From Eledone cirrhosa (lineage: Eukaryota): DNA of 64,000 nt. A program made the translations under genes and the position numbers. The stretch lies in NCBI GenBank assembly GCA_964016885.1, contig OZ024740.1, forward strand, positions 178,808,001 to 178,872,000. Reading direction: 5' to 3'. Below are positions 13,717-31,426 of the stretch, piece after piece. The notes under the pieces were generated by a model. That model was not told the origin of the DNA. It saw only the letters and a list, made by a program, of their open reading frames with translations, and ran no database searches. Numbering within the stretch: position 1 is the first letter of the stretch; the number at the start of each line of letters is the position of its first letter.

Positions 13717-13757
13717 CGATGTACTAGTTTCAAGCTTGTTAGCTATCATCAGCACCG
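13717..13757 (-). ncRNA. Minimal type I hammerhead ribozyme, array unit 1
   Basis: Minus strand: CGGUG-CUGAUGA-U-AGCU aaca AGCU-U-GAAA-CUAG-UA^-CAUCG. 5-bp stem I, palindromic stem III ACUAGU, GUA cleavage triplet. Confidence 0.85.
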
Positions 13758-13996
13758 TTTACCCATCTGCCAGATAGTTGAACGTTCGAAAGTATATACT
13801 TTCCTTATGAAAATTAACGGCTGAGCAGCCTAATTTGCATATTGAGTGAGTTAAATCGGTCAGGCATACCGAAAACGATAAGTTGAAAAAAATGAAAACG
13901 AAATTTCATTTCTCACTCTTAGTATGGCACTTACTTAAACGTGAGTATGTATGTATACGTACATACACATATGTATACAGACGTAGAGTAGCACGC

Positions 13997-14047
<51 letters not shown>

Positions 14048-14220
14048 TACACATATGCATACAGGTACACATACATATATGAACGCATCAGTTTAGCCGA
14101 CGTTTATTATAACGCCGGCCGCTTTGTTCGTTTGTTTGTCAACAAAGCGAACAGCCTGAATCTATGCCATACGGTGTTAAGGCAACCACGTCACCTTTTT
14201 GTTCAATACTGACACAGGAA

Positions 14221-14261
14221 CGATGTACTAGTTTCAAGCTTGTTAGCTATCATCAGCACCG
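14221..14261 (-). ncRNA. Minimal hammerhead, array unit 2
   Basis: Identical to 13717-13757. Confidence 0.85.
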
Positions 14262-14500
14262 TTTACCCATCTGCCAGATAGTTGAACGTTCGAAAGTATA
14301 TACTTTCCTTATGAAAATTAACGGCTGAGCAGCCTAATTTGCATATTGAGTGAGTTAAATCGGTCAGGCATACCGAAAACGATAAGTTGAAAAAAATGAA
14401 AACGAAATTTCATTTCTCACTCTTAGTATGGCACTTACTTAAACGTGAGTATGTATGTATACGTACATACACATATGTATACAGACGTAGAGTAGCACGC

Positions 14501-14543
<43 letters not shown>

Positions 14544-14716
14544 TACACATATGCATACAGGTACACATACATATATGAACGCATCAGTTTAGCCGACGTT
14601 TATTATAACGCCGGCCGCTTTGTTCGTTTGTTTGTCAACAAAGCGAACAGCCTGAATCTATGCCATACGGTGTTAAGGCAACCACGTCACCTTTTTGTTC
14701 AACACTGACACAGGAA

Positions 14717-14757
14717 CGATGTACTAGTTTCAAGCTTGTTAGCTATCATCAGCACCG
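14717..14757 (-). ncRNA. Minimal hammerhead, array unit 3
   Basis: Identical to 13717-13757. Confidence 0.85.
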
Positions 14758-14993
14758 TTTACCCATCTGCCAGATAGTTGAACGTTCGAAAGTATATACT
14801 TTCCTTATGAAAATTAACGGCTGAGCAGCCTAATTTGCATATTGAGTGAGTTAAATCGGTCAGGCATACCGAAAACGATAAGTTGAAAAAAATGAAAACG
14901 AAATTTCATTTCTCACTCTTAGTATGGCACTTACTTAAACGTAAGTATGTATGTATACGTACATACACATATGTATACAGACGTACAGTAGCA

Positions 14994-15055
<62 letters not shown>

Positions 15056-15228
15056 TACACATATGCATACAGGTACACATACATATATGCACGCATCAGT
15101 TTAGCCGACGTTTATTATAACGCCGGCCGCTTTGTTCGTTTGTTTGTCAACAAAGCGAACAGCCTGAATTTATGCCATACGGTATTAAGGCAACCACGTC
15201 ACCTTTTTGTTCAACACTGACACAGGAA

Positions 15229-15269
15229 CGATGTACTAGTTTCAAGCTTGTTAGCTATCATCAGCACCG
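15229..15269 (-). ncRNA. Minimal hammerhead, array unit 4
   Basis: Identical to 13717-13757. Confidence 0.85.
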
Positions 15270-15756
15270 TTTACCCATCTGCAAGATAGTTGAACGTTCG
15301 AAAGTATATACTTTCCTTATGAAAATTAACGGCTGAGCAGCCTAATTTGCATATTGAGTGAGTTAAATCGGTCAGGCATACCGAAAACGATAAGTTGAAA
15401 AAAATGAAAACGAAATTTCATTTCTCACTCTTAGTATGGCACTTACTTAAACGTAAGTATGTATGTATACGTACATACACATATGTATACAGACGTACAG
15501 TAGCACGCATATATATATACATATATACACATATGCATACAGGTACACATACATATATGCACGCATCAGTTTAGCCGACGTTTATTATAACGCCGGCCGC
15601 TTTGTTCGTTTGTTTGTCAACAAAGCGAACAGCCTGAATTTATGCCATACGGTGTTAAGGCAACCACGTCACCTTTTTGTTCAACACTGACACAGTGCCA
15701 TACTAAGAGTGAGAAATGAAATTTCGTTTTCATTTTTTTCAACTATATATATATAT

Positions 15757-16245
15757 CGGAATAGAAAATGCTGACAAATTGTTCACAGTTGAAAAATGGT
15801 TTAATTTGGAATAAAAGAGTATTAGTGATTGTATGGGTTAGTATTCAGTTGTGGTTTTAAGTTTTTACCGGTTGCGCATTTCTAAATGCTTTTCAAAAAT
15901 AATTTTGAGATAGAGTGTCCGTGCTGTTTGCTCTGATCTGATTAGTTTTGGGAATTCTACCTGTTTTTATGTTAAAAAAATGGCTCCAGCGTTATTTTTG
16001 TGTTGTAAAAATGCTTGTGGTCAAAACAATTTTGATTGGTCGGTAGAGGTCATGTGAATGTAAAAAGTTGATTTTGCGCCAAGACTGTTTTTATGTTAAA
16101 ATGTTAGAAAAGTGGCTCCAGCAAAAATTATGGTCAAAACAATTTTGATTGGTCGGTAGAGGTCATGTGGATAAAAAATTGGTTTTGCGCCAAGATTGAG
16201 AAATGACTCTTTCACAACAAATATGTGTGTGTGTGTGTGTGTGTA

Positions 16246-16316
<71 letters not shown>

Positions 16317-16389
16317 AGTAGTAGTAGTAAGGTGTTCGATGCTGCGACAATGGCCAGCAGCGATGTGTGTCAAATGGCTATTAAGATAA

Positions 16390-16420
<31 letters not shown>

Positions 16421-16715
16421 GCGGAGTCATTCGAAGGTCAAAAGATATTTTTCAGCTTTTGTCTTATACGGAGAAGTGCGTGTGTGTGTGTGTGTATAAG
16501 TCTCTTTGTATGTTGATGTACGCGTATGTATGTGTTTGTGTATATATGTGTGTGTGTGTGTGTGGGTGGACCAGTATTTTTTTCCCCCTGGTAAAATGGT
16601 GTACATTGTTCGATTTTTTCAGTAAAATCGGTTCTCTTAATAGAACATCAAAAATCTTAACAATAAAAGGTGTGAAATGATATTCACTATATATATACAC
16701 ACACATACACACATT

Positions 16716-16764
<49 letters not shown>

Positions 16765-18038
16765 TACATACATATATATGCACATATATTTTTTTGTATT
16801 GCACCATAGAGCATGTGTGTTTACATGTTTCATTGTGTTTATATGTGGGTAGAGATGTGTGCTGATGTAGGTATGTTTGTTGACGTGTGTATGTTGTGGG
16901 TTCGTCTTAGGGAGAAGTATTTAGACGGGGTCCGTATTTGTTAATGAAGTAAGATTCCTTGCTGATGCGCTGGGTGTGGGTGGCATTATCTTTAAATTTG
17001 TAGAGGGGAAAGATTCTGAAGTTGGGATGATTTTGGGCGGCACAGGTATCAATGTGTTCACTCAGTGGTATTTTCCTGTATTCCCGTATTTTAATTTGGG
17101 ATCTATGGACAGTCATGCGTTGGCGGAGGCTGTTTTTGGTCTGGCCTATGTATTGTTCTCGACAACCTGAACAAGTTAATACATATATTAGATTTTCCGA
17201 TGCACATGTGAAATTGTGTTTTACTATAAAACGTTGTCCATCTTTGAAATAGAATTCCGAACCCTCTATTAGGTTGATGCAAATGCCACAGTTGGGTCTA
17301 TCGTATTTTTTTACTGTGGGTTTCGTTGTTGTGGTTGGCAGTACTTTGGCATGTGTTAAGATGTTTTTCATTGACTTGGATTGTCTTTTGCTCTTTATGA
17401 TATCGTGTGTTCGTAGAATTTGGTTCATTCTATGGTCCTTTTTCAATACAGGGATGTTCTGGAGGATGGTGTCAAAGGCCTCATTGTTGAGGGGGTTGTG
17501 TGTGGAGATGTATGGAAGAGCTTTTAGTTTTGGTTGATTTACTTTAGGGTGTCTAAGGTCCTGGGTACTGAGTTTTAGGGCACGTTGGATTCCATTGTCA
17601 ATTAGTGATGCAGGGTAGTCCCTGCCTATGAGTGTGTCATATACATAAAAACAGTTTTGGCGCAAAATCAACTTTTTACATTCACATGACCTCTGCCGAC
17701 CAATCAAAATTGTTTTGACCACAAGCATTTTTGCAACACAAAAATAATGCTGGAGCCACTTTTTTAACATAAAAACAGGTAGAATTCCCAAAACTAATCA
17801 GATCAGAGCAAACAGCACGGACACTCTATCTCAAAATTATTTTTGAAAAGCATTTAGAAATGCGCAACCGGTAAAAACTTAAAAACTTAAAACCACAACT
17901 GAATACTAACCCATACAATCACTAATACTCTTTTATTCCTAATTAAACCATTTTTCAACTGTGAACAATTTGTCAGCATTTTCTATTCCGTTTACCAATA
18001 TATAATAACTTGTGTGTTACACCTCTATTCTTTTAACT
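15757..18038 (-). mobile_element. 5'-truncated Neptune-type PLE (15757-17640) joined to an inverted terminal piece (17645-18038)
   Basis: 16907-17640 encodes RT thumb + GIY-YIG (CGIC..CASENLIYVLTCSGCREQYIGQT..RQRMTVH). 17645-17990 is the reverse complement of 15757-16095. (TA)n on both sides. Confidence 0.85.
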
Positions 18039-18059
18039 ATATATATATATATATATATG

Positions 18060-18450
18060 TAGGAGTTATATTTAGATTGTTGGGATACAACAAGCAAATA
18101 TTTTTATAACTGATATAAAGCACTCAACAAATTATTGGAGTAAAAATGCAATATATTAACAAATGGAAACTATATTTATAAAACCATATTTATTTCATTA
18201 TACAGATTTCAAGGATACCAAGTCAAATTATGGTGCGCTTTCATCAGATAAAATATAATATAGATCTGTTTTATAAATAAATATTGACATACCCTTAAAG
18301 AATGCGACCATTTCTGTTGGAAGCACACCGGATAGCTATATTATATTTTATCTGATGAAAGCGCACCGTAATTTGACTTGGTGTCCTTGAAATATGTATA
18401 ATGAAATAAATATGGTTTTATAAATATAGTTTCCATTTGTAAATATATCG
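18060..18450. mobile_element. ORF-less fold-back element with a hammerhead in each arm
   Basis: Arms ~18151-18262 and ~18337-18448 are inverted copies. An extra ~90-nt tail lies on the left. (TA)n flanks. Confidence 0.8.
18344..18408 (+). ncRNA. Hammerhead ribozyme (mirror copy on minus strand at 18191-18255)
   Basis: UAUUUUAU-CUGAUGA-AAGCGCACC..GGUGUCCUU-GAAA-UAUGUA-UA^-AUGAAAUA; 8-bp stem I. Confidence 0.75.
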
Positions 18451-18969
18451 TATAAATATATATATATATATATATATATAGTTAAAAGAATAGAGGTGTA
18501 ACACACAAGTTATTATATATTGGTAAACGGAATAGAAAATGCTGACAAATTGTTCACAGTTGAAAAATGGTTTAATTAGGAATAAAAGAGTATTAGTGAT
18601 TGTATGGGTTAGTATTCAGTTGTGGTTTTAAGTTAAGTTTTTACCGGTTGCGCATTTCTAAATGCTTTTCAAAAATAATTTTGAGATAGAGTGTCCGTGC
18701 TGTTTGCTCTGATCTGATTAGTTTTGGGAATTCTAATAATAATAAAGAATATGTTTCTACACGCACAAGGCGCTTAGGGACACATGTAGTGTCCAACCAT
18801 ATGCCATTGTGGTTCAATGGCAGGTTAGAGTTTATCTTTGCAACGGATGTCGTATGGACTGTCCGTTTATTTTTGAGGCTCGAAAGCGATTCGGTAAAGG
18901 TAACCATAGTAAGTAAAGTTAATTTTTTTAAATTTATTTTGAAACTTTTTCTTATTTGCTAAACCTGAT

Positions 18970-19001
<32 letters not shown>

Positions 19002-19004
19002 CAT

Positions 19005-23332
<4,328 letters not shown>

Positions 23333-23399
23333 ATATACATATATATATATACATATATATACATATATATATACATATATATATATATATATTTATTAC

Positions 23400-24000
23400 C
23401 CTCTCCTCAACTTTCACTCACTCATTCTCTGTCACTACCTCTCCTCCTCCTCTTTCCTCCTCCTCCTTCAAGTTTGACCTGTGTGTAATTCTTTTCTCGC
23501 GCAGTTTTGACCGAGCTGGTATGGAATTTTTTTCTCTCTCTCTTTCGTCTGCGACTTCACAAAACTTGCGTTTACCGAATTCGTAGACCAGACCACCTTA
23601 TCTTCTTCTTCTTCTTCTTCTTCTTCTTCTTCTTCTTCTTCTTCTTCTTCTTCTTCTTCTTCTTCTTCCTCTTCTCTCCTTTTCTTTCTCTCTCTCTCTC
23701 TTTTTCCCCCCCGTCAAACTTGGGCGAAATTCTTTCCTTGCTCACATTTCTACCAGGTTCGATGGTCTTTCGTCTCTTGTTCACGATTTCACAGAGTTTA
23801 TATTCATAGAGATCTGGGACTTGTCTATTTCTACTCACTTTCCATTGCTTAAACCCTTTTGTTGTTACTCTAGCGTCCCCCTTTATTTACGTGTCCCAAC
23901 GACTTTTTTTAGCCGTTGTTCGCACCAACCTGAGGCATATGGCCCTTAAAGCGATGAAATGCCGAGGACGGTTGGAGGGTCACTGATGAAGGACTCACTT
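23400..24000 (+). repeat. Dispersed repeat ending in a half-hammerhead (CACTGATGAAGGACT); relative in reverse at 49190-49600
   Basis: 23875-23997 aligns with the reverse complement of 49195-49310. Confidence 0.55.
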
Positions 24001-24037
<37 letters not shown>

Positions 24038-24040
<3 letters not shown>

Positions 24041-24659
24041 TTCGTTTCTGAATCTGTTTAGCAAGATTCTTTATCTGAAATCGTGTGTTGAAACCGATAT
24101 TGTTATACTTTGGGAGGGCCATGTTGCCAATAAGAATTACAATAGACAAATGACAGAGGCAATAAACATAAAAGAATTACAACCAAAATTAAATAGAAAA
24201 TATGAGTGGAACAGCAACATCACAATTTACAATTAAGGACAAAATGAAAACACACACACACATAGAACAAACAACCAACCAATAACATTTAAATAAATAA
24301 ACAAATAGATAAATGAACACAAACACACACAGACACCCGGATGTGGCGCATGCGCAAACTGAGTACACAACGCACACACAGAAACAAAATGGCGTAGGAC
24401 AGAAGAAAGGAAAGGCACAGAAACAAAGAAAGGAATCCCCAGTCACTGAAGAGGTCACAGAGTGTGTGACGAAAGGACTATGACTATATATAAACAACTT
24501 TCTGGTTGTGGAACCAACCAACCAACCAGAAATTTATAAATTTATAGATTTGTAGATTTGTAAATTTATAAATTTATAAATATATAATAAATTGAAGTGA
24601 AAGCAACTGGTGCGTGTGTTTCTTATTGGCAACATGGCCCTCCCAAAGTATAACAATAT

Positions 24660-24660
<1 letters not shown>
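24038..24660. mobile_element. ORF-less tail-out element with inverted termini and an internal hammerhead
   Basis: ATATTGTTATACTTTGGGAGGGCCATGTTGCCAATAAGAA (24097-24136) is inverted at 24620-24659. (TA)n flanks. Confidence 0.75.
24441..24485 (+). ncRNA. Minimal hammerhead ribozyme
   Basis: AGUCA-CUGAAGA-G-GUCACA gagug UGUGAC-GAAA-GGAC-UA^-UGACU; perfect stems I and II. Confidence 0.8.
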
Positions 24661-25707
<1,047 letters not shown>

Positions 25708-25983
25708 TATATACATATATATATTACATTAACAGAGAAAGCTTTTAGCGATACTCCGACCAAATCCCATCTCACTCAACAAACATTACTATATACCAAA
25801 GTATAATCCCAATTATAAGTTTGGGGTGCTAACTATATTGTATTTCGTGGGTAGTCGGCTGTATTATTTTATATGAGACGAATTAAATAAATCTCTCTTT
25901 CCATACGATCGTTTGAAATGCATAAACGTTTTTCCACCTTGCTTGTGCTGGACATCACCAGAAGGCGTTACCCCTCCCCCCTC

Positions 25984-26020
<37 letters not shown>

Positions 26021-26312
26021 TACGGTGTTTGCATAACTACGGCTTCCTAAAACTGTATTTCTTTGGAGATACGAAATATTTATACATATTGTATAAAGCT
26101 ATGCTTGAAGCGAAATCCTATTTCTTTTTTATTATAAGTTGAGCCAACTTATGCAGCTTCATATGCAAATGAGATTAATCACCTCAAGCCGTCGAAATGG
26201 CATGAGCTCTGCCGTCGGTGTTAAACAAATTTCTAACACCCACTCTACTCCCCTAACTATTGAGTACTCTGTTGCGTTATGGTCCATCTGGTTCCTTACC
26301 ACACCTCCTTCG

Positions 26313-26344
<32 letters not shown>

Positions 26345-26345
<1 letters not shown>

Positions 26346-26970
26346 GATACGAAACGAAAGGAGCTGTGTGGTTACTAAAAATAAGGTTTAGGATGGTGGT
26401 TAGGACGGAACAAGAGGAGAAAAGAAGAAAGAATCCTTCATCAGCTGTAAAATAGCGATCCAGATGTTTCGGCGCTTATGTACAGGACATCTGTAGCGAT
26501 CGGGTGCGCCCGAGGCCTTTTCTTAATCAAAAGGCCAGGAGGAAAGAAGAGAAAGGAGAGAGAAAAAAGGGAAGGAAAAAGAGGGAAAAGAGGAAGAACA
26601 ACAAAGGGGGAAAGGTGGTGAGGAGAGAGGAAGAAAGAGAAAAGGGGTAAAAAGTTTAAAAAAAGGTCAGCAGATCCCATCGTGGGAAGGCACAGGACAA
26701 AGAAACAAGCAAATGAGTAGCCGTGAAAAAATAGGATAAGTAAGTTATAGCCAACCTGATAGACATAAGCCTAGTGTTGGGCTCTAACTAGAAGACAGTA
26801 TTAATCGTGTTGACTCTTTCATAGACGAGAGCGAGAGAGGGCGACACTAGCAACCGGAAGTGAGAGGGAGAAGAAAAGGGGAGATAATCTAAAAGGGGTT
26901 TTACAACGGTGGTAGAACGTGTCGTAGAAGATTGCGAACAGAGGAGTTTTTACGACACGTGTGAACATGT
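26345..26970 (-). mobile_element. Highly decayed PLE 3' end with broken HHR
   Basis: Minus strand shows an E..RLI....P.GL-like C-terminal remnant near 26770-26830 and CTGATGAAGGA..TCCTAAAC near 26385-26445. Confidence 0.3.
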
Positions 26971-27049
<79 letters not shown>

Positions 27050-27094
27050 TTACGTGCGCGCGTGGGTGTATATATATATGTATATATTATAATA

Positions 27095-27384
27095 CTAGCT
27101 GAATTACCCGGCATTGCCCGGGTTACTGATGTTCTTATTCACATTAGTAATAATAATAGAATTTAGAAATGAACATTTGTCAATCTTGAAGCACGTTAGG
27201 GTAAACAATATTCATTGTGTAATTCGTATATGTGTAGATGTGTGTGTCTGTTTAATTCTCTGAGGCCTAACATACATAACGAACGCACAAACGCACACTC
27301 ACAGACACATACACACTCATATACAAAATGTGAGCCGTCGTCGTCGTGGTTTACTATAGTTGGCTATAAAAATATTATTTTAGA
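27095..27384 (-). mobile_element. Non-autonomous Helitron-like element
   Basis: Minus strand reads A|TC ... CCCGG-GCAAT-GCCGGG hairpin ... CTAG|T. Confidence 0.55.
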
Positions 27385-27404
27385 TAAGAATCTTCTATAT
27401 ATAT

Positions 27405-27820
27405 ATATTGTTATACTTGGGGATGTTCATATTGTTGCCAGAAATAATAACATAACACACTCACTGTTTGGTTGGTTTTCGCTTCTGTATCTTTTATATC
27501 TCCATAGTTAATTTATTTGGCAATCAACGTTTATCATTGATTGACCAACGGTTAATAATACAGATATAAATATATATATATAGTCTATCTAAGTCCTTTC
27601 GTTGCACATCTGCATCATCATCAGTGGTACTATTATTATGTTCCCTCCAAATAGTATTGCATCGTATTGTATTTTATTGTAATGTTTACGCCATTTTTAT
27701 TTTATTTATCTAAATAAATAAAATAAAGATGGCGTAGACATTACAATACAATACAATAGGAGTGAATATAATAATAGTACCACTGATGATGTTGCAGATG
27801 TGCAACGAAAGAAATTTGAT

Positions 27821-27892
<72 letters not shown>

Positions 27893-28105
27893 CTGTATTT
27901 TTAACCGGTGATCAATCAATGATAAACGTTGATTGCCAAATAAATTAACTATTTAGATATAAAAGATATAGAAACCAAAACAAACCAAACAGTGAGTGTG
28001 TTCTGTTATTATTTCTAGCAATATTATTATAACGATATGACCCTCCCCAAGTATAACAATATTTGTTTCGACACACGATTTCATATCAAAAACCTTGCAA
28101 TTCAA
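27405..28105. mobile_element. Spacer-less fold-back element with degenerate HHRs (27586-27629 -, 27778-27821 +); termini related to 24038-24660
   Basis: Symmetry axis near 27710. CTGATGA-T-GTTGCA gatg TGCAAC-GAAA. Tail on the right. Confidence 0.8.
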
Positions 28106-28134
28106 ATATATATATATATATATATATATTTATA

Positions 28135-30402
28135 TCTTTAGGTTTGTTGGTTCACCACTGGATAGAATTGGTCATTCCGTATGGTCAATCTTGGTGTAAT
28201 ATTGTGGAGAGTACTCAACGTAGTGCAGTTCACCCGTCTTCGTTTGTGTAGTTGGTGGTGCGAATACGGAGTTAATTATAAATAAAATAAAATAACAGGA
28301 GGCTAGACTGGTGTAAATCGTTGAAAGGTATATTCTACTATGATCATTTCAATGACCGGATTCCATATAAATTCGGTGATATCATCAGGTATTGGAATAT
28401 AACAAAGGAATATGTAAAAAACCATGGGTCCGAAAAATCAGAGACAGAGACAAAGAGGACAACTGACCAACTAGCTGCCTTCACCTCGGCCAGTCGCCCT
28501 CAAAGTGATGGCAACTGAATCTACTATTGACCATCTTGAGAGGGGGCGAAGGCTTATAATGCACTACCACCTCTCCGTCAAAGAAAAGGGGAAGAAAAAA
28601 GAAAAAATGAAGAAAGAAGTCAGCGTAAGGGTCACACTACATTCATGCTAGAAAATGCCGCGAAAAATGCTACTCCAAAGAATCTATATGGTCTAATGTG
28701 TGAACCGAAAATTGGAACGTTAAACTTATATTGCTAGTTATAGGATGAAATTAAATTAAATTAAATTAAAAATATTAAATTGCAAAATGATAAATTGAAA
28801 AATAAATTATTAGAAAATTAAAGGTTAAGGTAGCGAGATTTATTTAATGAACTTACGGAGAGAGTCTTATATGAAAAAAATGTATCTCGATAAGATATTA
28901 GGATGGGATATAGAGTAAAGATTTCGATTGCGAGTCCCAGCCAGCACCCCAACCATGAGTCAGCCAGTTTCGAGTGGTATCGTCCAGCGAAAGAAATGGA
29001 AATTAATTTTTCCGAGTACTCTAGGAACTTAGCTACCTTAGGCCCCGGGAGTGCTGGCGGGAAGTCTACAATTTCAACAGGCCATCGTCTATACCAAATG
29101 AATATTATTAAATCACACATGAGGGGTGTTATTTACGTGCCAGTAGAAGCATGATACAGCTAATAGTTATGCCTAAACCTTGAGTTTATAGGTATAAGTA
29201 TAATATGGCGACCAAAACAGACGGCGCGGTGGGACCGGGGCAAAGCCACCGCTCCGAGTAATTTCGTTTACCGAAAGAGGAGAAATTTATTTTTCCGAGC
29301 ACTCAAGGAAGGCTGAACTTTCCAAGTGCCCAGCGCGCAGCCGGGAAAAGCCACCACATAAGTCGAAGGTAGCAACTGAATGAAAAGTGCAAATAGACCG
29401 GAATTATTTTAAAGTCCCAGTTAGTCCGGGTTATAAGTAGTGTGGTTCTTTGGCGGGTAGGAGGCTATGAAAGGTGCATAATGACCTGAGTAAGGAAAGT
29501 TACAAAAAAAAATAATAAAAGCAGGATACAAAGATAAAATACATTGATAAAAATACATTAATAAATTAATAAATTAATAAAAAAATTAATAAAAGTAAAT
29601 AACTAGGGATGTAGACAGACGGAAGTATATAAGAACGTATCGGAGGAACGTATCGGTAGCTAAGTTCCTAGAGTACTCAGAAAAATTAATTTGCATTTCT
29701 TTCGCTGGACGATACCACTCGAAACTGGCTGACTCATGCTTGGAGGTGCTGGGACTCGCAATCGAAATCTTTACTCTATATTCCATCCTAATCACTTATC
29801 GAGATACATTTTTTTTCATATAAGACTCTCCCGTAAGTTCATTAAATAAATCTCGCTACCTTAACCTTTAATTTTCTAATAATTTATTTTTCAATTTATC
29901 ATTTTGCAATTTAATATTTTTAATTTAATTTAATTTCATCCTATAACTAGCAACATAAGTTTAACCTTCCAATTTTCGGTTAACACATTAGACCATATAG
30001 ATTCTTTAGAGTAGCAATTTTCGCGGCATTTTATAGCATGAATGTAGTGTGACCCTTACACAGACTTCTTTCTTCCTTTTTTTCTTCTTTCTTCCCCTTT
30101 TCTTTGACGGAGAGGTGGTAGTGCATTATAAGCCTTCGCCCCCTCTCAAGATGGTCATTAGTAGATTCAGTTGCCATCACTTTGAGGGCGACTGGCCAAG
30201 GTGAAGGCAGCTAGCTGGTCAGTCGTCCTCTTTGTCTCTGTCTCTGATTTTTCGGACCCATGGTTTTTTACATAATCCTTTGTTATATTCCAATACCTGA
30301 TGATATCACCGGATTAACATGGAACACGGTCATTGAAATGATCATAGTATAATAAACCTTTCAAGGATTTACACCAGTCCAGCCTCCTGTTATTTTATTT
30401 TA
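28135..30402. mobile_element. Large fold-back HHR element with ~750-bp arms (28280-29040 / 29655-30402), same family as 25033-25620
   Basis: High-identity inverted arms. Left tail 28135-28280 matches the reverse complement of 25478-25620. Confidence 0.85.
30293..30350 (+). ncRNA. Hammerhead ribozyme (mirror at 28335-28392 on -)
   Basis: AUAC-CUGAUGA-U-AUCACCG..CGGUCAUU-GAAA-UGAUCA-UA^-GUAU; palindromic stem III AUGAUCAU. Confidence 0.75.
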
Positions 30403-30467
30403 TTTATATATATTGATATATGTATATATATATATATACATATATATACACATATATATATATATAT

Positions 30468-30522
<55 letters not shown>

Positions 30523-30761
30523 CATGTATATTTTTATTTGGTTGACCCGAATTAATTGATCGTATTTTTTTGGCTGTGCGAATGATTGTTTAAGCATCGT
30601 CTCAGTGTGTTTGGTATTAAACGTTAGTTATAGCTCTGGTTCATCCGAACCATTGAGCACTTTGCCGCACATTTCGGAGATTGTTTTTCGTTATTTCGTG
30701 GGCCGAAGTTTCGATTCTCGATAATTTTATTTGTTTATATATATATATATATATATATATA

Positions 30762-31045
30762 TTTAAAAGAATAGAGGTGTAACACACGAGTTATGATATA
30801 TTGGTAAAAGGAAAAGAAAATGCTGACAAATTGTTCCCAGTGAAAAATAGTTTAATTAGGAATAAGTAAAAATTAGTAATAGTATTGGTTAGTATTCAGT
30901 TTTGGTTTTAAGTGTTACCGGTTGCGCATTTCTAATGCTTTTCAAAAATAATTTTGAGATAGAGCGCCCGTGATGTTTGCACTAATTAGAGCAAACATCA
31001 CGAGAGCACTATCTCAAAATTATTTTTGAAAAGCATTAGAAATGT
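30762..31045. repeat. Neptune terminal fragment ending in a ~55-bp-arm snap-back palindrome
   Basis: 30927-30980 is inverted at 30991-31044. Confidence 0.75.
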
Positions 31046-31301
31046 TAATGATATGGGTGTAAAATGCAGGAGTCAATAGAGTCAATAATGCATGTATGAG
31101 GAAAGAGTTATAATGCAGTTGAAATAAACATATTTTCTGTGGGGTGTTAAAGCATGTTATTTTTGTTATAAACATTTAAGTTAGTGTGCAATTTGTTAGA
31201 GAGGCATGTGGTGATAATGTAGGTATTTTTTATGTAAAGCACTAGATAGAGTTCGCTATGTGATTTTCATTTAAGTGTTACACGTTTTCGACATTCCTTA
31301 T

Positions 31302-31346
31302 GCTCTGATGATTCCAGACTTCCCTCTGGAAGAAACAATTGTCAGC
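31302..31346 (+). ncRNA. Minimal hammerhead ribozyme with GUC site
   Basis: GCU-CUGAUGA-UUCCAGA cuuccc UCUGGAA-GAAA-CAAUUG-UC^-AGC; palindromic stem III ACAAUUGU. Confidence 0.85.
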
Positions 31347-31387
31347 TAATCAATGTTCTAAACTAGAATTTGATCGTTTTAACACTT

Positions 31388-31426
<39 letters not shown>

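Larger units (their letters stand above)
13431..15744 (-). repeat. ~500-bp tandem array (4 full units + 1 partial) with one hammerhead per unit, capped by a 50-bp inverted fragment and flanked by (TA)n
   Basis: Near-identical units, HHR spacing 504/496/512 bp (varying with an internal TA tract). 15695-15744 is the reverse complement of AGTTGAAAAAAATG...GTATGGCAC in the unit. Confidence 0.93.

Noticed and set aside
13431-15694. CRISPR-like array or repeated small protein gene
   Set aside because: Whole units are near-identical with no unique spacers, and the ORFs are YI/TH microsatellite read-throughs.
16907-17791. 294-aa stand-alone GIY-YIG gene
   Set aside because: The first ~50 aa come from the inverted terminal fragment across the junction near 17642, so the ORF is a chimera.
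18060-18450. Classifying the fold-back elements as MITEs
   Set aside because: Asymmetric tails, variable inner junctions and embedded hammerheads fit PLE-type retrotransposition better than transposase TIRs.
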